This document shows positions 42,189 to 52,271 of a DNA stretch of 64,000 nucleotides, piece after piece. Each line of letters opens with the position of its first letter. The stretch's first letter is position 1. The stretch covers positions 64,001 through 128,000 of IMG/VR virus record IMGVR_UViG_3300037067_019009; one strand, written 5' to 3'. The position numbers were made by a program, and so were the translations under genes. Under the pieces are notes generated by a model. That model did not search any database, had not been told where the DNA came from, and saw only the letters and a program-made list of their open reading frames with translations. Source of the DNA: a virus. Taxonomy: Duplodnaviria; Caudoviricetes.

Positions 42189-42325
42189 TGGGTGGTGGTG
42201 GGACTCGAACCCACACGTCCTTTCGGACAGCTGTTGCTGATAACCCTAACTGTCGGCTCTTAATAGAGAGCTAGTATTCGCTAGGATGTATATACGGCCG
42301 CGTCTGCCATTACGCCACACCACCC
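42189..42325 (-). ncRNA. tRNA-Y hybrid: class II tRNA body with a permuted Y-RNA module in place of the anticodon loop
   Basis: GGUGGUG/CACCACC acceptor, D arm, GUCCGAAAGGAC variable arm, GUGGG UUCGAGU CCCAC T arm; insert AUCCUAGC..CUAGCUCU-loop-AGAGCCGA..GUUAGGGU UAUC. Confidence 0.8.
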
Positions 42326-42350
42326 GTATTTGAAACACGGATACATATAG

Positions 42351-42426
42351 AATATGCTGAGCAAGTAAGATAGCTATGGGGGTGATCATTGGCAGTGATA
42401 ACCATAGCCAATCGGCTCAGCATATT
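42351..42426 (-). ncRNA. Mini Y RNA (third in transcript)
   Basis: GCUGAGCCGAUUGGCUAUGGUUAUC...CCAUAGCUAUCUUACUUGCUCAGC: bulged-C lower stem, upper stem, UUAUC. Confidence 0.85.
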
Positions 42427-42437
42427 ACTAATAGTTC

Positions 42438-42500
42438 TGCCGGACAAGTAGATTGGTGACGATGTTGTCCTTATGATAACCGTCACCATTCGGCCCGGCA
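42438..42500 (-). ncRNA. Mini Y RNA (second in transcript)
   Basis: UGCCGGGCCGAAUGGUGACGGUUAUC...CGUCACCAAUCUACUUGUCCGGCA. Confidence 0.85.
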
Positions 42501-42506
42501 CATATC

Positions 42507-42579
42507 TTCCACCGAACAAACAAATTGGTCATGGAGCGATCAGTACAAGTGATAACCATGACCTAACGGCTCGGCGGAA
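42507..42579 (-). ncRNA. Mini Y RNA (first in transcript)
   Basis: CCGCCGAGCCGUUAGGUCAUGGUUAUC...CCAUGACCAAUUUGUUUGUUCGGUGG. Confidence 0.8.
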
Positions 42580-42590
42580 CAACCTAAACA

Positions 42591-42619
42591 ATTATATGTT
42601 ATTTATGTTTACTTGTCAA
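42591..42619 (-). promoter_or_regulatory. Perfect sigma70 consensus promoter for the Y array and rsr
   Basis: TTGACA-17 nt-TATAAT on the minus strand. Confidence 0.9.
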
Positions 42620-42635
42620 GAGCGATTTATTTATG

Positions 42636-42912
42636 ATTTGGTAGTGGGCTGGATTCCCCACTCAGCTCCTACACAGCTTTTTCGACATCTCACTAGAGTT
42701 ATACTCACTAGATTATAATCCCAGCACAATGCCTCTCACGAACTTCGATACTGTATTAGTGATATACAGTTACGTTCTCCGCTGCACTTTTTGCGGCAGG
42801 TAATAGGGATACTTTTGGGCTCTTCACTCAAGAGGCAGGCCCAGTGTATCTAATACCCCATCTCCGACACCATTCTGCCTTACCTAGCGCTGCCACGCTA
42901 CCACTACCAAAT
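42636..42912 (-). ncRNA. Candidate structured RNA closed by a 12-bp terminal stem
   Basis: AUUUGGUAGUGG/CCACUACCAAAU; D-arm-like UA-GCG-UGGCAG-CGC after the 5' strand; several internal hairpins. Confidence 0.5.
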
Positions 42913-44143
42913 ACTTATAAACTGGCTCATAGCGCCTTTCTTTACCTGCACCATCTAGGTATAGATCGGTTACACATGTAACCGCTTATCTTATTCAGGT
43001 GGAAAATCCATGTCATTCATCTGCTCGACGGTCCATCCAGGCTCCAAAAGTATTTTTTTGGAGTCCCGATCATTTTGTGGGGGAATTATAAGCAGCCTTC
43101 TGCCACCAGACTGAACAATATTTATTGTTTTCCTCGAAATAGTGTGCAACTGATACAGTATCTTACCCTGTTCATCACGCACTATGGTATACTCATCCGG
43201 GTAAACACTAAAGTGCATTTTATTAAAAAGCATCGTTCGAGAGACTACTAACACACCTATCGAAAAGGCAACTAACCCAATCACACTCATCACTTTAATT
43301 ATAGTCTGCACAACCTCATCCTCCTAACTTCGTATATTAGATAATACCTGCACCCCGCAAAGGTAAAATTACTGCCGTATGCAGCCCTGCCAGTAAGCCT
43401 GCCCAGAAAACGCCACCACTGCGCTTACAGCGAGCAGCGTGCATAAAACTACCACAATTATATCTATTATCATGCACGCAAAAAGCCTCTTCTTTATATC
43501 CCTATACACTTCTCTGGAACTGTGGATAAAGCCTAAAACAGGAAGCATTACCATTGCCACATGTATCCAAACAATAGCCAATCTTACTTCCTCCTTCCTT
43601 CAAGAAAACTATTCGAGAGATATGGATTCTTATTTAACCAAGCTTTTAACCTTATTATAGAGTGTGTACTGAGCTTCACACCAAATTCACTATGGCCATA
43701 GACATCTATGAAGCTCGTGTACCAGTCACTACCTAACCTGCTAAACCGCAAACGATTGTTGTTGGCATCCTTGATTTCCACATATGACACCTCACTATCT
43801 ACCTGCGTTTCAGTACCCTCCATTGCGTTATGCTCTCTCGAAATCTCCCCAGCCAGGTTTCTATTACTAGCTCTTGGCCGGGAAATTACTATGAGATAAA
43901 TCCACCAGTTAGCAATCAGAGCCAGCAAAAGCACCACTCTGAGAGTATTACTATCCGCATCACTGAGAGTCCCGAGAAGAACCGTAGAGGATAAGAACAT
44001 GAATGCCGTTACTATATATTTAAACATACTCTTTTTCTTCCTACCTTAGCGGTTCTACTTTAACGAAGTAACACCATTTTTCACCACGCATCAAATCTGA
44101 GCATTCACGACACGGCAATTGACTGCACAAAGCATATGCGTGC

Positions 44144-44785
44144 TTACAATCTGTGCATTTGTGCATACCCCTCGCCGTGCGCCTTATGCTTCTCATATCC
44201 CTCATTCATTACCTTGTTCTCCTTTGCAGCAGATTTGGCTGTGTCAACAGGTTCCTCCGCCATCGTAATGACGGGCATATCCCTCCCTATTAATATCGTC
44301 AAGTCTTTCAATTTTACAGGTGTATTGATAGGCTCATCTCCATCTCGGTCAAAGTGAACAGATGCATTCTCGGTCTGTATACAAACACCTACAACTGTTC
44401 CCTTCCCCCAAGTGGAATGTTTAACTCGATCACCTTTCCTGGCTGCAGCAGGAACATCCTCGATACTTAGTTGCTTTTTAGCTGGCTCCCAGCAGTGGTA
44501 TAGAGTTCCTGGGTCTATTGTTTGTTCCAACTCAATTCCATCAACACCGCCACACTTTTCGAAATTTACACAAGAGATACAACTCCTTGTTTCCATTTCT
44601 GCTAGCGTAGCTGCCTCGTTCCAGAATGCCTGTTTCTTGCCGATCATGCTACGGAGCGCATCCAAAGCTCTCTCTTCGGTACTACCAGCCGCACCCCTCA
44701 CAGAAACATCCATATCGTTTTCCAAACAGGCGACATACTTATCTTCCTTCGATCCCTGACTACATTTATAAACTATAACTCTCAC
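44144..44785 (-). CDS. Hypothetical protein with SH3-like segment
   Basis: GDRVKHSTWGKGTVV motif. Confidence 0.6.
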   Translation of the reverse strand: MRVIVYKCSQGSKEDKYVACLENDMDVSVRGAAGSTEERALDALRSMIGKKQAFWNEAATLAEMETRSCISCVNFEKCGGVDGIELEQTIDPGTLYHCWEPAKKQLSIEDVPAAARKGDRVKHSTWGKGTVVGVCIQTENASVHFDRDGDEPINTPVKLKDLTILIGRDMPVITMAEEPVDTAKSAAKENKVMNEGYEKHKAHGEGYAQMHRL

Positions 44786-46093
44786 AGCACTATCCCTTCA
44801 ACGCCACCAGCTCCCTGGATGCATTCTTGGCACAACGTTTACAAAGACTACTTGCATCTACTTCACTAGCTTCATCGATAGATCCATCGAGAATCTTACC
44901 GCATTTGAGCCAGTAGCCATTAAGCGACCGCCTCGCAGGCACATGCCACCTAGCACAGTTATCATTCCGTACAAACCCATGGGGGTGTGTTATTCTTGAA
45001 GTCTGATTGCTTTCCACCTTCGCACTCCTTATTTTCTCTTAACATACATATCTAAGAAGTCATAGGCCCACCTTAGTGCAATTATAGTTATTACACAGGC
45101 CACTTTGGAACCACTTGATACCTCACCCCAGACTGCTATGAGGACGAGAGTAAGAACAGAAACTATATAGTTTATTCGATACATCACGTTCTTTCCTTCC
45201 ACGATAGTAGGATTAGCATCTCCAAATTGGTAATTGTAGTATATTACCTAGAGTGTTTTTAATTGTCTCATCAGTCACGTCAACCCCAGATGCGTCAAGA
45301 ATTGTGAGTTCCAGCCCATCTTTTCCCCCTAGGATAGTATACTGATGCTCCGACTTAGGAACAAAAGTCTCTGGAACTGCAATCAAACCGACAATCGCAA
45401 AGAGCTTTCTACCATCATTGGTCGGGGCTTCCCCGTATTCCCTGAAAAATACTTGTCCGGTGACTCTATCTTTCAACAATTTCATCATCTTTCTCCTATG
45501 AAAGCCCGTATTACTGGTAGTCCAAGCTTAACTTCCAGAATCGTGAGCATTTCTCACCCTCCAAGTATCTTCTCCAAAGGAACCAGGAATCTTATTAAAC
45601 TCATAGCTCCTTCCTACCTGCAGACCTTCCCAGAGTCCCCAATCACTGTTGTAGAACCTCAGAGTCTGCGTACTATTTTTAGAACTTATAGAAACTAAGA
45701 ATACCTTCCTAGTGCCAAGGTCGCTTTCAAAGGACGTAGTTTTACTAACAACCGTGCCTGTTATCCAAGTGGAATACTTCTTGTCGGCGACCGCACAGAA
45801 CATAATAAATACAACTAAAGCAGCCATGATCATATATGTGGTAGGTACCTCAGCGATCTGCTTGTGCAGGAACTTCAGAACGGATCCCAAATACTTCATC
45901 TTCTATCAAATAACCTTTCATACGGAAACAATAAAATAAACCCAACGATATAAGAACCAACCGACCACAGCGAAAGGCTCGGATACTTATCTGAAGGAAA
46001 GAATGATAGAATAACACCAGCTATGATAGACAAAACGGAAAGCAGGCACACTCCTTTTTCTATAAGGGGAAGGTCCGCATACTTTAGGCTATG

Positions 46094-46163
46094 CCAGAAC
46101 ACATCAACAAAACTGTAGTACTTAAAGTCGTACCAAAACACATCAACAAAACTGTAGTACTTA
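46094..46163. repeat. 39-bp-period duplication inside CDS 45896..46369
   Basis: CCA(G/A)AACACATCAACAAAACTGTAGTACTTA twice; encodes KYYSFVDVFW twice. Confidence 0.9.
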
Positions 46164-46676
46164 CTACGGAACCAACCAACCTTCGGATAGCCTTCAGCAT
46201 GGAAGAACTTCTTAAGTTCGTAATATAAACGAACTCTTCCCTCTTCTGGAATAGCTGACGCCTCAGTAACACCGTGCAACTTCAGGTGACGCTGCAAAAT
46301 GCGAACAGCTCCACCAGCTATAGGCTGCCGTACTTTCAGTGCTCTCCCCTTCGCAAGAATACTTTGCATAAACCTACTCCGTAGCTAACGACATATCTGT
46401 AGCAAGTTCCACTTTTTGCTCAGGACACAGCGTTACTGGCCTTAGCTGTCTTCCCTGTAGTTTCGACTCGAATTCCAAATGCCTATCAACGAGAAAGGCA
46501 AGCTTATCTGCCTTCTCCACTACCTTACCATAGTCCTCAGAAACGGGGATAGGAAAATCATCTGTCTTTATAGGAAGACCAGTCACCCATTCTACAGTAT
46601 TAGTTGCAGCAATAGTTCCCATAATTTCACCTCCCTGGCTCAACATATCACACTCAAACCCCCCCCACCATAACTT

Positions 46677-47141
46677 TTATTGGTAGTTAGATGTTTGAAT
46701 AATCCCAAACTTATGGAAATATCTAAGCGGCCTCCACTTATGACCATTTACATAGAACCCCCACTTATGATAAGGCCTACCACAGAATATCACAGTCCAT
46801 GCTCCCTCCTTTGGAATGTCCAAGTAGTGAAGGTCGGTTGCCTTCATTCTACGCGGCTTCCAGGTGGTAGCCTCGAATGTACCATTAGGAGTCACATTTT
46901 TATAGTGCCCCCTGATAATTACAGATAGTAAATCGCAGGAATGGTCATGAAAGAATCTTCTGTCATCACTTTTTATCCAGTGATGTAGTCTTATTGAGAA
47001 ACCAAACAGAACCAGAGTCCACCTTATAAGATATGGACACTCCGAGTAACCGAGCCTCTCGGCCCAACGGATCTGGAAGATCTTGCCAAAAGATTTTGTA
47101 TTAGAACTCCCAGTAGACATGGTACTCCTACTCCTCTTCAT
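46677..47141 (-). CDS. Cupin-like phage protein
   Basis: PYLIRW, RLHHW..SD...HDH, later His ligand. Confidence 0.65.
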   Translation of the reverse strand: MKRSRSTMSTGSSNTKSFGKIFQIRWAERLGYSECPYLIRWTLVLFGFSIRLHHWIKSDDRRFFHDHSCDLLSVIIRGHYKNVTPNGTFEATTWKPRRMKATDLHYLDIPKEGAWTVIFCGRPYHKWGFYVNGHKWRPLRYFHKFGIIQTSNYQ

Positions 47142-47218
47142 CTAGGAAACAAAGTGGGAACTGAAGAGAGTTGTAGCACGGATCATCGATTCCAAAGGAG
47201 ATCTACCCTCTGGAATAG

Positions 47219-47295
47219 TCGGCGGGTAAGGATTTGAACCCCAGTCCTCCTACTAGTACATTACTGTAGACACTCTACCACTGAGCTACCCGCCG
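47219..47295 (-). ncRNA. tRNA-like RNA with enlarged 12-nt anticodon loop
   Basis: CGGCGGG UA GCUC AGUGGUA GAGU G UCUAC [AGUAAUGUACUA] GUAGG AGGAC UGGGG UUCAAAU CCUUA CCCGCCG A. Confidence 0.7.
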
Positions 47296-48813
47296 GTGTT
47301 TAAACTGCCCCTACTCATATGCTCCCCATAAAACCTTCAGCTCTTAACGGCGGCGTAATTTCCCACCTTTACCCAGAAGGGAACCATTTTCCTGAAGCCC
47401 CCAGTTTGAAGCTTGCACGGTATAAACACACAATACGCAGTGCTGCTACTGACTCCGACACTTATGATCTTCGTGCCGGGATATCCAAGCACCATCGTGT
47501 CACTTACTTCAATGATCTTTACAAGCTCGCAGTCTTGCTTAAGTAGCAACCTTCTTATCGCTACTTCTACTTTTGTGATCCACATTGCTAATTTCATTTT
47601 ATTTGTCCTTTTCATTATAGGCCGTACTTGTCGTAATATGCCCGCAAAAGAAAAACTTATAGTAGACTCCTACCTTCAAATCGATAAACCTTCGTCTTGG
47701 CATAGCACTTCAACCCTTTTTGTAAATCATATCCCTATAGCCTTTACTTAGCTTTCCTACTTTAACTTTTCCATGTGTTTATCCGCAATGACTTGAGGAT
47801 AATTACTAGACACGCTTATGGTTCTATTACATACTCCAACTCGGAGTCTGCCTTCTACAAAAGCATCCATGAATGATTTCTCGAATTCGTTCTCGGGTAT
47901 AATATTTATAAAAGCCGCTGTGGGATCAACTAGATTTTGCGAAAAGGTAACTTTCACTATATATTCCTTCTTACTTCTTACCACTCCAACTTATTTCCCA
48001 CTGAACTTTAAACCAAGTCCAGGGCTTATACCAACAACATCTACCAACTCTCCTAGCAGACACAGCTATAAACCTCGGGGAGGGTACGCCATCCTTCGGG
48101 CAGACTACAGGAACATTACCTCGACTAAAAACCGTCTTACATTGTGGACATTGCTCACAAAACTCGAACTTCCCCATGGTTGTGCCCCTCAGCGAGTTAT
48201 ATAATTATACGTACACGCTCTAGTTATAGAATAAGTATTGTAGATTTTGTCCTGCTACACGACATATACAGTGATGTCATCCGAATGCTGCCCCGCTGCT
48301 GCTGGTCGTTGACTACAAAAGTAGTAGGATATCCTCCCACAACTCATCAGCATCTAGTTCCCCTGTGTTCGGTTGACAGGACAAATATAAAGACAAGACA
48401 ACAAGCTATCTTGAAGGATATATTCTCGGGAGTTACATGCAAAGTAAACCCAATCCTCAACATGCTTACCCACAGGGGTGTTTCCATATTGGGAATGTCA
48501 AGATAACTACTCTACCCACAACCTTGCTCTACTGCCTTGCCTATTGATCCACCAGGAGATCATCCCTTGCAGTATCAATCTCTACTACTAGGCTACTAGA
48601 CCATTATTCTGCCACCGCAGAAAAATTAGCAATAAATAGAACAAAGACGACCAGTAGAATCTCACTGGTACCATAGTTTCCATCACAGGCGGTGGTAATA
48701 CAAGCTATAGCGGAGCCAAGGGCTCCTACTAAATCTATAATAGCAACAACTGATTTCATAACATCATACCTTCCATTCATCTAATAGAATAGACTAGCTA
48801 TAAATATAAGCCA

Positions 48814-48905
48814 TCAGCGGGGAAGGACTCGAACCCCCGACCTTGCACATGTTACAGTGCTTTCTCCTTAAATAGGAGTCGCTCTACCAACTGAGCTACC
48901 CGCTG
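48814..48905 (-). ncRNA. tRNA-like RNA with two hairpins in place of the anticodon arm
   Basis: CAGCGGG UA GCUC AGUUGGUA GAGC..CUCCU AUUUA AGGAG..GCAC UGUAACAU GUGC..GGGGG UUCGAGU CCUUC CCCGCUG A. Confidence 0.7.
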
Positions 48906-49644
48906 ACGAAACATCAAGTAAGTTATAGGCTTTCCCTCAATCCGTGACCTTACACTTTTGGTAAATCCGACGCTGACGCTCTAGGTTTTGCGCAAGATTA
49001 TGCTCTGTAAGACTCGGAATACCAAGAAACTCCCTGACACACTTCCTCTTACAGTCCATACAGTCATGTAGACTCGAAAAGCAGCAGAATTTATCGAAGC
49101 CTCCGGCATATGCGGCAAGCATCGAAGTAAGCATCTCGGCAGCGTCCTCAGGATCAAGAAATTCATATCCTACCGGGAGGCTAATATGCATACGCTGATA
49201 TATAGTCCAGTAATCCTTATTATGTTCCGGATGTGGAATGACATAACTATACCGGAACCAAGGGTCATCGTTTCGCTTATTAACACACTCGGGAATTAAA
49301 GAGATGCATACTTCCGGCATCCAGGAGGATTGTGTAATCACAATGCGCTCAGAATGTGGAACGATATCTATAATATAAAAGAAGCGGTCCTTATCATTAC
49401 CAGCGAATTGAAGTACATACTTCTTACCAGTACTGGCCTGATTAAATTCGCAAACAGCTTCTTTAATAGGAGCAATAAGCTTATCATGCAGAGCTTTCTG
49501 CTGGCTTTGAGCCTCCTCTAATTCCACAACTTTCTGCTTCTCAACACCTTGTATAAAGGACCTGGCCCTGTTTACGATACCAATTACTTCATTCATCTTG
49601 CCCATGCACTTACCCCACTTGTAGATACGCTCGCAAAAGAAGAT

Positions 49645-49871
49645 TCAGCCGGGTAGGGATTTGAACCCTCGACCTCCCGCACGTAAGTAAGATTACATAG
49701 CTATTAACTTTTTCTCAGGACATGTTGTGCGTTGGCGCCTATGGCACTCAGTACCATGCCGCTTACAAGCAGCATATATTGTCGATACTCGCAAGTTAGT
49801 TATGTTCTCTCTGCTCATGGATGTTAACCCCACATGAACAACAGGCGCTCTGTCCGCTGAGCTACCGGCTG
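49645..49871 (-). ncRNA. tRNA-like RNA with 160-nt structured insert at the anticodon
   Basis: CAGCCGG UA GCUC AGCGGACA GAGC G CCUGU [49840-49681] GCGGG AGGUC GAGGG UUCAAAU CCCU..CCGGCUG A. Confidence 0.75.
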
Positions 49872-50219
49872 ATAATTACTACTTAGAAACTGGGGTACTA
49901 TACTCTTTAAAGAACTTATATCTTAGCGGTATAGAGTTTTCACTACACCACATGCAGCCTCTATTCTTACCACTATCTTCTTGTACATCGCCCAATTATG
50001 AAATATAACAATAACATCACTACTATTGCTGGTACCGCTCCAATTATTTGGCCGGGACCATAATAAAAAGGGCCGCTACCACTATCCAATGATCTAGCAG
50101 CTTCCGCATGTTGACGTACCGTACACCCATCTTCAAGTACTACCATAGGATACAGCATAGCACTAAATAACAGACTAACCCCTATAATAATGATAACCAC
50201 AAATGCATGCTCTAGCATT

Positions 50220-50726
50220 CTATTCATTGCATATCCTTACTATTTCCTCAGCAACTTTATCGAAAGCTATCTCTTTCTGTTCCTTCGTTATCATATCGCG
50301 CAGCGTAACGATACCTTTCGCAACTTCATCATCGCCGATGATGAGCACGAACTTGGCTCCGTATTTATCCGCGAGCTTCATCTGCGATTTCAAGCTTCTG
50401 CCGGTAAAATCGGTCTCCGCTGATATATTATTCGCCCACAAATCAAGAAGTAGCGTAACAACAGCCTCTTTAGCACCTTCTCCAACAATCGCAGCATAAA
50501 CACACAACTCCTCATTCGCTAACATCTTAGCACTCGCTGCAAGCTTAGTGCATTCAAGTCCTGCTACCCCGCAGATTATATTTTCCAGATCAGAAGGTTT
50601 CACTTCTCCCTCATAGACATACCTACCAATTATCTCAGCCAATTCTGCCTCTAAGGAATGTCTTACTTCTTTACCTAAGTCGTTATATAACCCAAACTCA
50701 TCAAACAAGGGCTTAAACTCTACCAT
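50220..50726 (-). CDS. Protein with C-terminal HisRS-type anticodon-binding domain
   Basis: SLKSQMKLADKYGAKFVLIIGDDEVAKGIVTLRDM...EQ; start set at MVEFKP after GGGAGG. Confidence 0.8.
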   Translation of the reverse strand: MVEFKPLFDEFGLYNDLGKEVRHSLEAELAEIIGRYVYEGEVKPSDLENIICGVAGLECTKLAASAKMLANEELCVYAAIVGEGAKEAVVTLLLDLWANNISAETDFTGRSLKSQMKLADKYGAKFVLIIGDDEVAKGIVTLRDMITKEQKEIAFDKVAEEIVRICNE

Positions 50727-51023
50727 GGGGCCTCCCACAAGATAGGCTGGTCTAGAGGGTCTATCTAAACCAGCCTCTAACATATAGAAAGCGGATCTTA
50801 GATTAACACAAATACACAGTCCTGGCCGAGACGACCACTTGAACAGTAGTAGTATGCATTCTACTATCTGCTCTTGGGGCAATAGTCATCTGCCGCTGCA
50901 CTGTCGGCGGGGCATTACATGCGAAAGCCACGGCTATTATTATTAGCATAATGGCCAGCAAGACCATCATAGTCGGCTTAAAGAAACTTCTAAACCACAT
51001 TTTAGCACCTCCTACATCTACAT

Positions 51024-51052
51024 ACTATATTATTCAGCCGGTAAAGCGGCAA
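51024..51052 (-). promoter_or_regulatory. Sigma70-like promoter TTGCCG-17-TATAGT (a similar TTGCGC-17-TATAGT lies near 55684-55712)
   Basis: Intergenic, correct spacing, shared TATAGT -10. Confidence 0.55.
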
Positions 51053-52271
51053 GTATGTTATTATACCCTACGATCTGCACATAAACTCCACTATCAATCT
51101 GGTAGAGCCCGCAGTTTCAAATATATCAGATATCTCCACGGAAGAGGCTATAGCACGCAATTTCACACCACCAGTACTACCCCCATCAAATTCCATAGAC
51201 GTTGTTAGTAGCTGTAGAGTCTCACCACTCGATAGTGTTTCTCCGGGCTTCAATACTACATCTATAGCAAATCTCTGTACTACCGCGCCATCTGCTAAAG
51301 TCATCAACATTTGATTTCCTTGCTTTCCTTCTCAACTGCTACTCTACTTTCCTCTTTGATCTTAAACCTTAATGGAAAGTAGCCTTTTTCATCTGGCTTT
51401 GTTCTGCCCACTACGTCTTTTTTATATATAATCTTTGTCCATTCGACATCAACAAATTCTGTAGTTAAAATTAAATAATTGCCCCTCGTCACTACCGCCT
51501 CACTACCTATATCAGCCAATAGCATACCATTTGCATTTATAAGAATAACCTTATCTCCTGCTCTAAACTCAGGCATCCTCCCCCGCGTCCTTCCTAATGA
51601 GTTTGGTTAGATGCTCGCTTGTTGCAAAACCGTCGCTGTCATGATTGAACCAATTTGAACGAAGCTCCCGTGCCATACCAACATCTTCATTTTTAACCGC
51701 TCCATTAGATAACACCCAATGAGCATCAATGACTCCATTGCTCTCTAATATCTGAAGTAATGTTATAGGTGTATCCTGTCCATAAACATGATCTTTACCT
51801 AATCTATTTTCAAGCTTTCGGTATCCAGGGAGACAAGCACCGTGTTCTCGCAGTATCCTAAACGTCGTGGTTATCATCGCCGTTCGCCTCCTCGGCCTTC
51901 TCCACGGCTTCCTGCACATGTTGGATGAGGCTCTGGTGCTGGTAACTGACCCACTTCTGATCAGCTACTGCTTTAACCAGCGCCTTACTTGCCTCTAGCA
52001 AATCCGACGCGGCTTTATTATTGGTAGTTATGCGCATCTGATTTGACTCATCTGTCTGCGCAGTAAATATCAGTGGTGATTGGACTATGCGGCCCGCCAT
52101 ATCTAGGGCGTTGACATCGTAGCCACCCATATCTTTATCGGCCAAATCGCTGTATATCGCATCGAAGACCTCTTTCCACATCTCCCTGTAGGCTTTTAGC
52201 AACTCTACTGCAATGGGCGATAATTTCTTTCTCATTCCCACTTCCAACATATTAACCAATAATCCTTGTTC

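Noticed and set aside
42351-42579. CRISPR array interpretation of the three repeated units
   Set aside because: Units are not identical direct repeats; stems vary with compensatory changes, they match Y-RNA architecture, and no cas genes are present
46094-46163. DGR template/variable repeat pair
   Set aside because: Adjacent in-frame duplication with a single difference and no reverse transcriptase; likely slippage
48200-48600. Possible gene in the gap before the 48.8-kb tRNA-like RNA
   Set aside because: Minus-strand frames are interrupted by stops and no recognisable product or structure was found
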